Source: a virus
DNA length: 61,867 nt
IMG/VR virus record: IMGVR_UViG_3300045988_069456
Reading direction: 5' to 3' (one strand)
Made by a program: the position numbers and the translations under genes. The notes beneath the pieces are model-generated. The model saw only the letters and a program-made list of their open reading frames with translations, was not told the DNA's origin and did not search any database. Below, piece by piece: positions 31,145 to 39,330 of the stretch. Position 1 is the stretch's first letter, and each line of letters opens with the position of its first letter.

Positions 31145-31672
31145 ATGTATGGTATGACACCATGGAAAGACGAGGTTGTCCAGTACCCATACCGGTACAA
31201 AGAGACGCAGAACTCTGACGGCACAGTAGAACATGAGCCGTCCCCAGGTACCGTGATGCAGCAGGGAACCCCACAGAGTGCAACCAATTTCAACCACATG
31301 GAAAATGGAATCCATGACGCCCATGTGGCAGAGGCTATTTTCATGCAGGCAAAAATGCACCATCAGGAGGAAGTTGAGCGCCGCCTGGGAGAGCATGACG
31401 CAGAGTTTACGTCTGAAACCGGAACGGTTACGCTGACCAACAGCAACAAGGTATTTTTTGCTTTTAACAACAGCGGCACAACGGTTGCTTTGAAAACCGT
31501 CCGCAAAACTATGAACTATGACCTTGATATTGAGGTCGTGGAAGTAGCAGGCGGCCAGGTTGGGGATGTGATCGTATATGACAAGCAGCTGAACGGCTTC
31601 AAACTGAAATTCGAGGGAAGCGCTAAGACCGTAAAGGTTAAATACAAAGTTAGAGGAGGTATGTACGCATGA
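31145..31672 (+). CDS. tail fibre-like protein (XkdV-like N-terminus)
   Basis: The motif QQGTPQSATNFNHMENGIHDAH resembles the GTP-x-NA-x-NLN-x-ME-x-GI motif of Firmicutes prophage tail fibres. Confidence 0.5.
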   Translation: MYGMTPWKDEVVQYPYRYKETQNSDGTVEHEPSPGTVMQQGTPQSATNFNHMENGIHDAHVAEAIFMQAKMHHQEEVERRLGEHDAEFTSETGTVTLTNSNKVFFAFNNSGTTVALKTVRKTMNYDLDIEVVEVAGGQVGDVIVYDKQLNGFKLKFEGSAKTVKVKYKVRGGMYA

Positions 31673-32025
31673 GCGTAAAGGTTATTGAGAAAAACGCGGG
31701 AGAAAAAATCCCATTTACAGAAAGCGGTTACAAGCTGAATTTTGACGATATGCTGGCCATTAAGTGCGACAAGTACCAGAAAGACTGGCCAGTGCATAAA
31801 GATATCTGCATGGATGCAGATGGAGACTTGACCATGGGGACCGGCGACGGTCTTTTTTATGTTGCTGAGGTCGATATTCCGGCCAGAGAGTACGAGCAGC
31901 AGGAAGAGAGTGACCAGGAGGGCGAGGGAAAAGCTCCGGTTGCAAAGAAACTGGACATGAGCCAGGTTACAGTGACTTTGTGGGGACTGGAAAATCCGGT
32001 TGCCGCTGATGAAGAGGAGGAATAA
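31669..32025 (+). CDS. hypothetical protein (fibre assembly candidate)
   Basis: ATGA-coupled. 118 aa with an acidic C-terminus. Confidence 0.45.
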   Translation: MSVKVIEKNAGEKIPFTESGYKLNFDDMLAIKCDKYQKDWPVHKDICMDADGDLTMGTGDGLFYVAEVDIPAREYEQQEESDQEGEGKAPVAKKLDMSQVTVTLWGLENPVAADEEEE

Positions 32026-32028
32026 GGT

Positions 32029-33120
32029 ATGCAGTACGATTTAGCAGAATTTGCCCTGAAAATGGTAGCACCTAACAACAAGCTGATTTATGACGACAAG
32101 GGGATCCCGTCCGTTATGGTTTACGTGCCTAAGTTTAAAATGAGCGACGTGATCGACGGCGCCGGAGACAGCACGCACCCAGCCTTTATCGTGAATGGTA
32201 AAGAGGTACCGGGAATCTGGATCAGCAAATACCAGAACATTGTAAACAATGGCCGTGCGTACTCCCTGCCTGGCCAGGATCCAACTGTAAACATTACCTG
32301 GGACACTGCCAGAGGATATTGTGAATCCAAGGGAAAAGGCTGGCACATGATGACTAAGGCAGAGTGGGCCGCAATTATGCTCTGGTGCAAAAAGAACGGT
32401 TTCCAGCCATGGGGAAACAATAACTATGGCAAGGACAGCAGAGAGACGCTGCAGCAGGCTATTCCGGCGACCTATGGATCCGACGGAAAAATCAACCATG
32501 TGCTGACTGGTACCGGCCCGCTGACCTGGTCCCACAATAAACAGCTTGATGGAATTTGGGACCTGAACGGAAATGTTTCTGAGTGGACAGGCGCACTCCG
32601 TACTGTAAAAGGAGAGCTGCAGTTACTTGAAAACAACAACGGCGCCAACAGCGACAATCCGCAGACAGCAACAAGTACCGCATGGAAAGCCATTGACGCA
32701 ACCACCGGCGCATTTATTACGCCAGACGGAAACGGAACAACCGAGAACAGTATTAAAATTGATGCAGCAGGAACCGGCGGCGCCCAGTGGTGCAAAACTA
32801 TTACAAAGACATCTGAGAGCTTTAGCTGTCTGCTGGGTTCCATGACCTGTTCCGCAGACATTTCCGACGCTGCAAAGGCAGTGTTGAGAGCATACGGTTT
32901 GCTGCCAGTAGATGGAGCAAAACCAGCTGATTATGACGACGACAGATTGTACTTTAACAATGTGGCGGATGAGCGCTTGTTCAACTCCGGTGGCTACTAC
33001 ATCGGCGGCGGCGCGTACGCGGGTGTCGGTTACGGTAGCGGCTGGACGAACCGTGGCAACGTGTACGTGATCATCGGCTGGCGCTCCGCTTATGTGGATC
33101 TGGAATCTGTTGGCCTGTAA
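32029..33120 (+). CDS. DGR target protein, FGE-sulfatase / C-type-lectin-fold receptor-binding candidate
   Basis: 363 aa. Motifs GKGWHMMTKAEWAAIMLWC and GIWDLNGNVSEWTG. The C-terminal 40 codons form the VR. Confidence 0.85.
   Translation: MQYDLAEFALKMVAPNNKLIYDDKGIPSVMVYVPKFKMSDVIDGAGDSTHPAFIVNGKEVPGIWISKYQNIVNNGRAYSLPGQDPTVNITWDTARGYCESKGKGWHMMTKAEWAAIMLWCKKNGFQPWGNNNYGKDSRETLQQAIPATYGSDGKINHVLTGTGPLTWSHNKQLDGIWDLNGNVSEWTGALRTVKGELQLLENNNGANSDNPQTATSTAWKAIDATTGAFITPDGNGTTENSIKIDAAGTGGAQWCKTITKTSESFSCLLGSMTCSADISDAAKAVLRAYGLLPVDGAKPADYDDDRLYFNNVADERLFNSGGYYIGGGAYAGVGYGSGWTNRGNVYVIIGWRSAYVDLESVGL
32972..33090 (+). repeat. DGR variable repeat (VR), 119 nt
   Basis: It aligns to the TR at 33567-33688. 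All 10 substitutions lie at TR adenines, and one codon is missing. Confidence 0.9.
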
Positions 33121-33173
33121 TCTGATAGGGACGCGATAGCGGACCGATAAGGCCAACTAGATGCAGGAGGAAC

Positions 33174-33545
33174 ATGGAAGAGGTACAGATTGAAAATCGG
33201 GATGGGGACAGAGATCCCCTCCTGATTTTAGGAAAAATTGAAGATATGATGTTATACGCCTATCCGGTACTAAATGCGTACCCGAAGTATGAAAGATTTG
33301 TTTTAGCGGCAGACATAAAGCGGTGTATGGACCAGGCAATGGAAAGAACCATTGAAGCGAATAAAAAGTATTACAAGAAAACCACTTTGCAGGAGCTGGA
33401 CGTGGAAATTGACAAGCTGAGAAAATACGTTCGCCTTTCATACCGGCTGAAATATATTGATTTCAAGAAATATAAGCAGTGGAGCGAACAGGTAAACGAG
33501 ATAGGCAGAATGCTCGGCGGATGGATGGCGAGCGTTAAAAAATAA
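33174..33545 (+). CDS. avd: accessory variability determinant (Avd)
   Basis: 123 aa and helical. The C-terminal IGRMLGGWMASVKK is typical of Avd / 23S-IVS four-helix-bundle proteins. It lies between the VR and the TR. Confidence 0.8.
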   Translation: MEEVQIENRDGDRDPLLILGKIEDMMLYAYPVLNAYPKYERFVLAADIKRCMDQAMERTIEANKKYYKKTTLQELDVEIDKLRKYVRLSYRLKYIDFKKYKQWSEQVNEIGRMLGGWMASVKK

Positions 33546-33566
33546 ATAACGTAGGGAATGGGATAT

Positions 33567-33688
33567 AGCGCTTGTTCAACTCCGGTGGCAACTACAACGG
33601 CAACGGCACGAACGCGGGTGTCGGTTACAGTAACGGCAACTGGACGAACCGTGGCAACGTGAACGTGAACATCGGCTGGCGCTCCGCT
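33567..33688 (+). repeat. DGR template repeat (TR), 122 nt, non-coding
   Basis: It carries 29 adenines and 11 in-phase AAC triplets. It starts 21 nt after the avd stop. Confidence 0.9.
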
Positions 33689-33905
33689 CTACCCCCATAC
33701 GCCAGATACAGGAGCGCCCACGGACGCCCTGGCAGTGCAGGGGGATAAAGGATCTCGTTCCCACGCTTTACAATGAGCGAAAAAGGAAAACAGCAGTGAT
33801 GGCACCAAGGGGAGTCCCTTGTGCGTGGGTTATGTTTTGCAAAAGCAGAGCCGCTGGCCCATCCGGAAGTAGAATACAGCGAAACCTGCACCACTGTAAA
33901 AAAAT

Positions 33906-35063
33906 ATGACAATTAGAAACGTATATTATGAGATAACCTCATTTCACACACTAATGGTCGCAGATACCCATGTATCAAAAGGCAAAAGGGAGAACACAGA
34001 AAGGCTGAGATTTTACGACAATAGAGAGGGAAACCTGGAAGAAATAAGCACTCTGTTGAGGGCTGGAAAGGTACCAAAAGTCGAATATCACAGCTTTTAT
34101 GTATACGTGCCAAAGGTGCGGAAAGTTATATTTATTGACTACTGGTCCAAAGTGGTACAGCGGGCAATATATGACGTGCTGAATCCTAAAATATGCCGGA
34201 CGTTCATAGAACATACCTATGCGTGCGTAAAGGGACGCGGGCAGCTGGCAGCCATGGAACAGCTTTATACCTGGATGCGAGAAACCAGGACGTCCGGAAC
34301 CGAATGGTATTATTACAAGTTTGATGTTACAAAATTCTTTTACCGCATTGACCATGAAATACTTATGGATATTTGCAGGAAAAAGATAGATGATCCGCGA
34401 ACCGTTGACTTGTTGGGGTATTACATAAACAATGATGCGGTTCCGTTCGGTATGCCATTGGATGCAAACCAGCTGACAATTACCGAGGAGCAAATGCTGT
34501 ATGATTTAGGAATACCTATCGGCGGCGGCCTGTCCCATATGCTGGGTAATATGTATCTGGATCCACTTGACCAGTTTTGCAAGAGGGTACTGGGAATAAA
34601 ACGGTATATCCGGTACATGGACGACATTATAATCCTGGACAATGACAAGGAACGCCTGAAAGAATACGGCAGAAGAATGACACAGTTTTTAGAGGAGCGG
34701 CTGCACTTAAATTTCAACAACAAGACAGCGCTCCGGCCGGTGCGGGTTGGTTGTGAGTTTGTTGGTTTTGTTATTTATAACGACCATGTAATCCTGAGAA
34801 AAAGCACAACGCTTCGGATGAAGAGAACTCTCCGGAAAACGCGCCAGGACTACCACGACAACCTGATCACATTCAAGGAGGCAAACGCAACCATGCAGAG
34901 CTACCTGGCCATGCTGAGCCATGTGGATTGTAAGAAATTTAAGGAGAAATTGCTGGACGAATTTGTATTGACCCATGCGGATGATAATGGAGAGGAGCAG
35001 ATCATAAACGTGATTGAAACGGGAGGAATAGGAGCACTTGATTATGAAACAATGTATTGCTGA
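33906..35063 (+). CDS. DGR reverse transcriptase
   Basis: 385 aa. YMDD is at aa 237-240, and motif 4 reads IGGGLSH at aa 205-211. It is adjacent to the TR. Confidence 0.9.
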   Translation: MTIRNVYYEITSFHTLMVADTHVSKGKRENTERLRFYDNREGNLEEISTLLRAGKVPKVEYHSFYVYVPKVRKVIFIDYWSKVVQRAIYDVLNPKICRTFIEHTYACVKGRGQLAAMEQLYTWMRETRTSGTEWYYYKFDVTKFFYRIDHEILMDICRKKIDDPRTVDLLGYYINNDAVPFGMPLDANQLTITEEQMLYDLGIPIGGGLSHMLGNMYLDPLDQFCKRVLGIKRYIRYMDDIIILDNDKERLKEYGRRMTQFLEERLHLNFNNKTALRPVRVGCEFVGFVIYNDHVILRKSTTLRMKRTLRKTRQDYHDNLITFKEANATMQSYLAMLSHVDCKKFKEKLLDEFVLTHADDNGEEQIINVIETGGIGALDYETMYC

Positions 35064-35214
35064 GGTACTGGAAACCCAGTCGGAAATTATACAGCTGCAA
35101 AGGAATGTTATTGACCGCCTGGCGGCCGCATTATTGCAGCACAGTATGATTGAAGAGGAAGAACTGGCAATGATGCAGCAGGCGGCAGACCTGCAAAGAG
35201 GCATAGAAGAATGA
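35044..35214 (+). CDS. hypothetical 56-aa coiled-coil-like protein
   Basis: The ATG overlaps the last 20 nt of the RT gene. Sequence: MKQCIAEVLETQSEIIQLQRNVIDRLAAALLQHSMIEEEELAMMQQAADLQRGIEE. It is below the ORF-track cutoff. Confidence 0.3.
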   Translation: MKQCIAEVLETQSEIIQLQRNVIDRLAAALLQHSMIEEEELAMMQQAADLQRGIEE

Positions 35215-35238
35215 AACCCATAAAAAGAATTGACCGCA

Positions 35239-35267
35239 GAGCTGGCCCTGGCCAGTTCTTTTATTTT
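35239..35267 (+). terminator. rho-independent terminator closing the DGR cassette
   Basis: The stem is gagctgg / ccagttc (one G-U pair) and is followed by ttttatttt. Confidence 0.55.
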
Positions 35268-35299
35268 ACAAAAAACGAGGCGGAAAGGAATACAAAAAA

Positions 35300-35854
35300 A
35301 TGGAGTATTTAATTAAACTGCTGGGAGATTACAGTATAGGCTGGGCCATTACTTTAATTGCAGCGCTTGTATTCCTATGGTTGTGTTACAGAAAAGTAGA
35401 AAAATATTTTTCTGATAAGGCAATCCATGAAAAGGAAAAAAACGAGCAGTTCAAAGAAGTAATGAACCAGGTAAACATGTATCCAAAATGGCATGAGCAA
35501 AGCCTTGAAATCCAGCAGCAATTTAATACCAGTATTGCAGAGTTGAAAGAGGGCATGGAAAAGCAGCAGGAAAAGCTGGACAAAATCGAAAAAGAGAACA
35601 CCAGTCGAGAACGCAGCAAGCTCCGTGACAGACTATTACAATCGCACCGGTATTTTACGAACCCGGACAAGAACCCCATGCAGGCATGGAGCGAAATGGA
35701 GGCAGACGCATTTTGGTCCATGTTTAAAGAGTATGAGAACGCCAACGGCGACGGGCACATGCACACGACTGTACAACCTGAAATGAGGGCGCTGGAAGTA
35801 ATTCCAATGCACGAAGATGCGAAAATCGCAGAGCTGATGGGTAGCAGAAAGTGA
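35300..35854 (+). CDS. membrane-anchored coiled-coil protein (lysis-module associated)
   Basis: It has an N-terminal TM segment (YSIGWAITLIAALVFLWLCY) followed by a charged helical region. Confidence 0.5.
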   Translation: MEYLIKLLGDYSIGWAITLIAALVFLWLCYRKVEKYFSDKAIHEKEKNEQFKEVMNQVNMYPKWHEQSLEIQQQFNTSIAELKEGMEKQQEKLDKIEKENTSRERSKLRDRLLQSHRYFTNPDKNPMQAWSEMEADAFWSMFKEYENANGDGHMHTTVQPEMRALEVIPMHEDAKIAELMGSRK

Positions 35855-35864
35855 GGCGGTACCA

Positions 35865-36275
35865 ATGAACAAAATTAAATATGAGAAGCGCATGAAAGAG
35901 CTGGATCAGATAGCAGAGGAGCAGCAGCTGAGGCAGCAGGTACGCGACCGAGAGCGCGAGCTGGGACTGAGACGCACCAGGAAGAAACCGGCCTGGGGTA
36001 AAGCTATGATGGCGGTTGTATACGGTCTTTGCATTGAAATAGTAATCTATGCAGAGGTTGTTATGTGGATGCGCTTCGACTTGTCGGCACTGTACGCACT
36101 GATCGGCGTACCAGCGGCCATGTTTGGAGTATTTTGGGCGTATGCGCAGAAATCCGCAAAGGAAAACACCAAGGGCGGCATTGTGTACGACATGAACATA
36201 AGGCAGGCAGAAACTGACGATCTGGCCGGAATGGAGCCAGAAAACAACACAGATACCGGAGAGGGTATCGGATAA
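35865..36275 (+). CDS. membrane protein (two TM segments)
   Basis: TM segments: MMAVVYGLCIEIVIYAEVVMW and LYALIGVPAAMFGVFWAYA. Confidence 0.5.
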   Translation: MNKIKYEKRMKELDQIAEEQQLRQQVRDRERELGLRRTRKKPAWGKAMMAVVYGLCIEIVIYAEVVMWMRFDLSALYALIGVPAAMFGVFWAYAQKSAKENTKGGIVYDMNIRQAETDDLAGMEPENNTDTGEGIG

Positions 36276-36286
36276 GGAGCAAAAAC

Positions 36287-36613
36287 ATGACTTTAGAAAT
36301 TTTTTTACTGGGATTGATGATCGTATCTATTTTTACGGGGCTGTTTACTGAGGGCATTAAGAAGCTGCTGGACGAAATGACAGTGAAGTACCACTCTAAT
36401 TTTCTGGCCGGCGGTGTGGCCGTAGTGCTGTCCACCCTGGTAGGTGCCGGGTACCTGATTCTGACGGAGACGCAGATCAATGACAAGATGGCGGTATATT
36501 TAATTGCACTCGTGCTGCTGTCCTGGCTTGCTTCCATGGTCGGGTATGACAAAGTAATTCAGGCCATTGCACAGCTGAAAAGAACAGATAATAACGCACA
36601 GGGCGGCCGGTAA
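36287..36613 (+). CDS. holin (three TM segments)
   Basis: 108 aa with three hydrophobic helices and a charged C-terminus. It lies immediately upstream of the endolysin. Confidence 0.6.
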   Translation: MTLEIFLLGLMIVSIFTGLFTEGIKKLLDEMTVKYHSNFLAGGVAVVLSTLVGAGYLILTETQINDKMAVYLIALVLLSWLASMVGYDKVIQAIAQLKRTDNNAQGGR

Positions 36614-36642
36614 GGTCGCCTTTTCCTATGGGAGGGACGTAC

Positions 36643-38142
36643 ATGACAGAGCAGGAATTTATCAGCTTTATGGGGCCACTGGCGCAGGCAGACATGGCAA
36701 AAAGTGGCGTGCTGGCTTCAGTAACAACGGCGCAGGCAATCCTGGAATCCGGTTACGGTAGCACAGAGCTGGCCAGAAATGCAAACAACTTTTTTGGGAT
36801 GAAATGCAGCTTATCCGGGAATGCCTGGCCAGGAAGTACCTGGGACGGCGTAAGCAAGTACCGGAAGCAGACCGGAGAAGAGGACGCGAACGGGAACGCC
36901 TACACAATTACAGCAGATTTCCGGAAATATGTGAGCGCTGCCGACAGTGTGGCGGACCACAGCGCATATTTACTGGGCGCCATGAATGGCAACAAACAGC
37001 GTTATGCAGGCCTGAAAGGAGAAACGGATCCGGCGAAAGCTATCGGAATCATTAAGGCAGGCGGATATGCAACAGATACAAAGTATGTGAGTAAAGTCCT
37101 GAGTATTATCAACAAATATAATTTGACGAAATACGACCAGGCAACAAAGGGAGGAGTGAGCAACTTGAAAATTAACCAGAACCCGAACTTCGGAACACAC
37201 AACACAAGCCCACGCAGCGGAGGAATTGAGTACATTGTTATCCACTATGTAGGTGCAACAGGTACCGCAAAGAACAATATCGACTATTATAATCAGCGCA
37301 GCACGACACAGGCCAGTGCTGATTTTTACGTCGGTTTCGAGGGAGAAATCTGGCAGTATAACCCGAACCCGAAAGCCCGTTACTGTTGGGCTGTAGGCGG
37401 CGGCAGACAGTCCAGCCAGGGCGGCAGCTTGTACGGCGTGGCCAGAAATGCCAACAGCGTGTCCATTGAAATGTGCGTAAGAAACAAAGGAAACAAAAAC
37501 GCAAACAGCAAAGACTGGTATTTTGAGCAGGCAACGATCAACAGCACTATTGAGCTGACTAAGTACCTCATGAAACTGTACGGCGTGCCAGCTTCCAGAG
37601 TTATCCGCCATTTTGACGTAAACGGTAAATATTGCCCTGGTGTATACGGATGGAACTCTGCAAGCGGATCTGAGAGCGCATGGAACGATTTTAAGAAGAA
37701 AATCGGCAGCGGTGCAGTAGCCACGCCAGCAACACCGGCACAGCCAACTACTGCAAAGAAATATTACAGAGTCCGCAAGACCTGGGCGGATGCAGCAAGC
37801 CAGAAAGGTGCTTTTACCAGCCTGGCAAATGCCAAAGCGTGTGCTGATCAGAACAGCGGTTATAAAGTGTTTGACTGGAACGGCAGCCAGGTTTACCCGG
37901 CGGCAGCATTCCAGCCGTACCATGTGCGTGTTGAAATTGCCGATTTGAGAATCCGAAAGGGTGCGGGCACAAATTACGATTATTGGACAGAGAAAAACGG
38001 ACAGTCGAAGTATACCGGAAAAGGCACTTTTACAATCGTAAAGGAAAAGAACGGAGCAGGCGCGACAAAATGGGGTCTGCTGAAAGCATACGAGAAGAAC
38101 GCAGACGGCTGGATCAGTCTGGACTATGTAAAAAGGGTATAA
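36643..38142 (+). CDS. multidomain endolysin: glucosaminidase + N-acetylmuramoyl-L-alanine amidase + SH3b-like wall-binding domains
   Basis: Glucosaminidase motif: AQAILESGYGSTELARNANNFFGMK. Amidase_2 motifs: IVIHYVGATG, SVSIEMC, IRHFDVNGKYCPG. The C-terminus is SH3-like (GTFTIVKEKNGAGATKWGLL). Confidence 0.85.
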   Translation: MTEQEFISFMGPLAQADMAKSGVLASVTTAQAILESGYGSTELARNANNFFGMKCSLSGNAWPGSTWDGVSKYRKQTGEEDANGNAYTITADFRKYVSAADSVADHSAYLLGAMNGNKQRYAGLKGETDPAKAIGIIKAGGYATDTKYVSKVLSIINKYNLTKYDQATKGGVSNLKINQNPNFGTHNTSPRSGGIEYIVIHYVGATGTAKNNIDYYNQRSTTQASADFYVGFEGEIWQYNPNPKARYCWAVGGGRQSSQGGSLYGVARNANSVSIEMCVRNKGNKNANSKDWYFEQATINSTIELTKYLMKLYGVPASRVIRHFDVNGKYCPGVYGWNSASGSESAWNDFKKKIGSGAVATPATPAQPTTAKKYYRVRKTWADAASQKGAFTSLANAKACADQNSGYKVFDWNGSQVYPAAAFQPYHVRVEIADLRIRKGAGTNYDYWTEKNGQSKYTGKGTFTIVKEKNGAGATKWGLLKAYEKNADGWISLDYVKRV

Positions 38143-38236
38143 TAAGCCCGTTGTCTATTCTGTATCTTTTCGGCAAGACTTTTTGTCTGTTATTCCGGGA
38201 TTTACAGAAATGAAAATATAGTGTAAAATGCGCCGA

Positions 38237-38296
38237 AGAGGGGGTTCTCAAGGGGGTCAGGCAAGCGCCTGAAACCTGGGAGCCACCCTCTTTTTT
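38237..38296 (+). terminator. terminator after the lysis cassette
   Basis: The outer stem is agaggg/ccctct, the inner hairpin is caggc-aagc-gcctg, and T6 follows. Confidence 0.5.
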
Positions 38297-38435
38297 GTGC
38301 TTAAAAATAGTTGTCTATCTTGTATCCTTTTCATGCACTTCACTACACTAAAGTTTGTCTATTCGGTCTATGGAATATAAACCGCCATTGGTTTATAATA
38401 AAGACAGTTGAAAGAGAGATATGGAGGTAACCGAA

Positions 38436-38765
38436 ATGAGTGTAGCAGAAACAATTTTACAGCAGTTAGGCGGCCAGAGATTTACAGCAATGACAGGCTC
38501 AAAGAATTACCTGGCAGACGGCAATAGCCTGAGAATGACACTTGCAAAGAACCACAGCAAGGCAAACCGCCTGACAATTACCCTTGACGAGGCAACAGAC
38601 ACATACCGGATGCGCTTTTATAAGTACACAGCGGGACGCCTGAACAAGAAAACCTTTGAATGGGTACCAGACAAAGTTGTTGAGGTAGCAGAGTTTGACA
38701 ATGTATATTGTGACATGCTGCAGGAACTGTTTACACAGGTAACATGGATGTATACCAGATTATAA
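38436..38765 (+). CDS. hypothetical protein
   Basis: ATG 38436 lies 8 nt after GGAGG; ATG 38421 is an alternative start. About 109 aa. Confidence 0.5.
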   Translation: MSVAETILQQLGGQRFTAMTGSKNYLADGNSLRMTLAKNHSKANRLTITLDEATDTYRMRFYKYTAGRLNKKTFEWVPDKVVEVAEFDNVYCDMLQELFTQVTWMYTRL

Positions 38766-38785
38766 GAAAGCGGAGGGCATGACAT

Positions 38786-39028
38786 ATGCAGATTAAAAGA
38801 TTGAGAAATACACATTTTGGAACCAAGAAAATCAGCCGCGTGGTAACAGGCTGGGCGCTGTACGAGCCGGGAAAAGGTTGGGTTGCCTTTAGCGCAGACC
38901 GTGACGAGCTTGGTATTTTGGTACCATACATCCCGTGCGGTGGCAAGAGAGCACTGCAGAGCATTTTGGATGCTGGCGGCTTTTGTAGCTTTGAGGGTAT
39001 GGAGTACGTGCAGGAGCTGGCGGCGTAA
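38786..39028 (+). CDS. hypothetical protein
   Basis: GCGGAGGG SD. 80 aa. Confidence 0.5.
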   Translation: MQIKRLRNTHFGTKKISRVVTGWALYEPGKGWVAFSADRDELGILVPYIPCGGKRALQSILDAGGFCSFEGMEYVQELAA

Positions 39029-39055
39029 GCTGCCGGATCCGGAAAGGGGAACGCT

Positions 39056-39319
39056 ATGAGTAAAGCACAGAAATATGGAATGTATGTAGAGATTGCGAAA
39101 AGAGCTGAGGAAAGCGGATTGTATACAGGCGAAAGATTGAGCTTGTTAATGGATATCGAAAGCGCAGACGAAAAGTTTAATTTAAGATTAGAGGAGTGGC
39201 TGGCCGCGGATGATTTTAACTTTATCCATGATCTTTATGGAATTATGGATCACATTGTAAGAGATAAATTCCCGGCGGATGATTTTGGCTTTTTTGTACC
39301 GAGATTCGCAGGTAGATAG
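39056..39319 (+). CDS. hypothetical protein
   Basis: 87 aa and acidic. Confidence 0.5.
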   Translation: MSKAQKYGMYVEIAKRAEESGLYTGERLSLLMDIESADEKFNLRLEEWLAADDFNFIHDLYGIMDHIVRDKFPADDFGFFVPRFAGR

Positions 39320-39330
39320 GAGGCAGCGAC

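Larger units (their letters stand above)
32029..35063 (+). other. diversity-generating retroelement cassette (target/VR - avd - TR - RT)
   Basis: All four canonical parts are present in the BPP-1-like order. See the individual features. Confidence 0.9.

Noticed and set aside
33576-33912. Minus-strand ORFs of 62 and 95 aa over the TR and the TR-RT spacer
   Set aside because: The region is the non-coding DGR template plus spacer. These ORFs have no SD, and their Cys/Arg/Ser-rich products reflect the AAC/GGC-rich template.
33906-35063. The reverse transcriptase as a retron or group II intron RT
   Set aside because: There is an adjacent Avd gene and a TR/VR pair with adenine-only differences. 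There are no msr/msd-like inverted repeats, no intron RNA domains and no maturase or endonuclease extension.
36970-37923. A 317-aa ORF on the minus strand
   Set aside because: It lies entirely inside the endolysin gene, whose glucosaminidase and amidase motifs are unambiguous.
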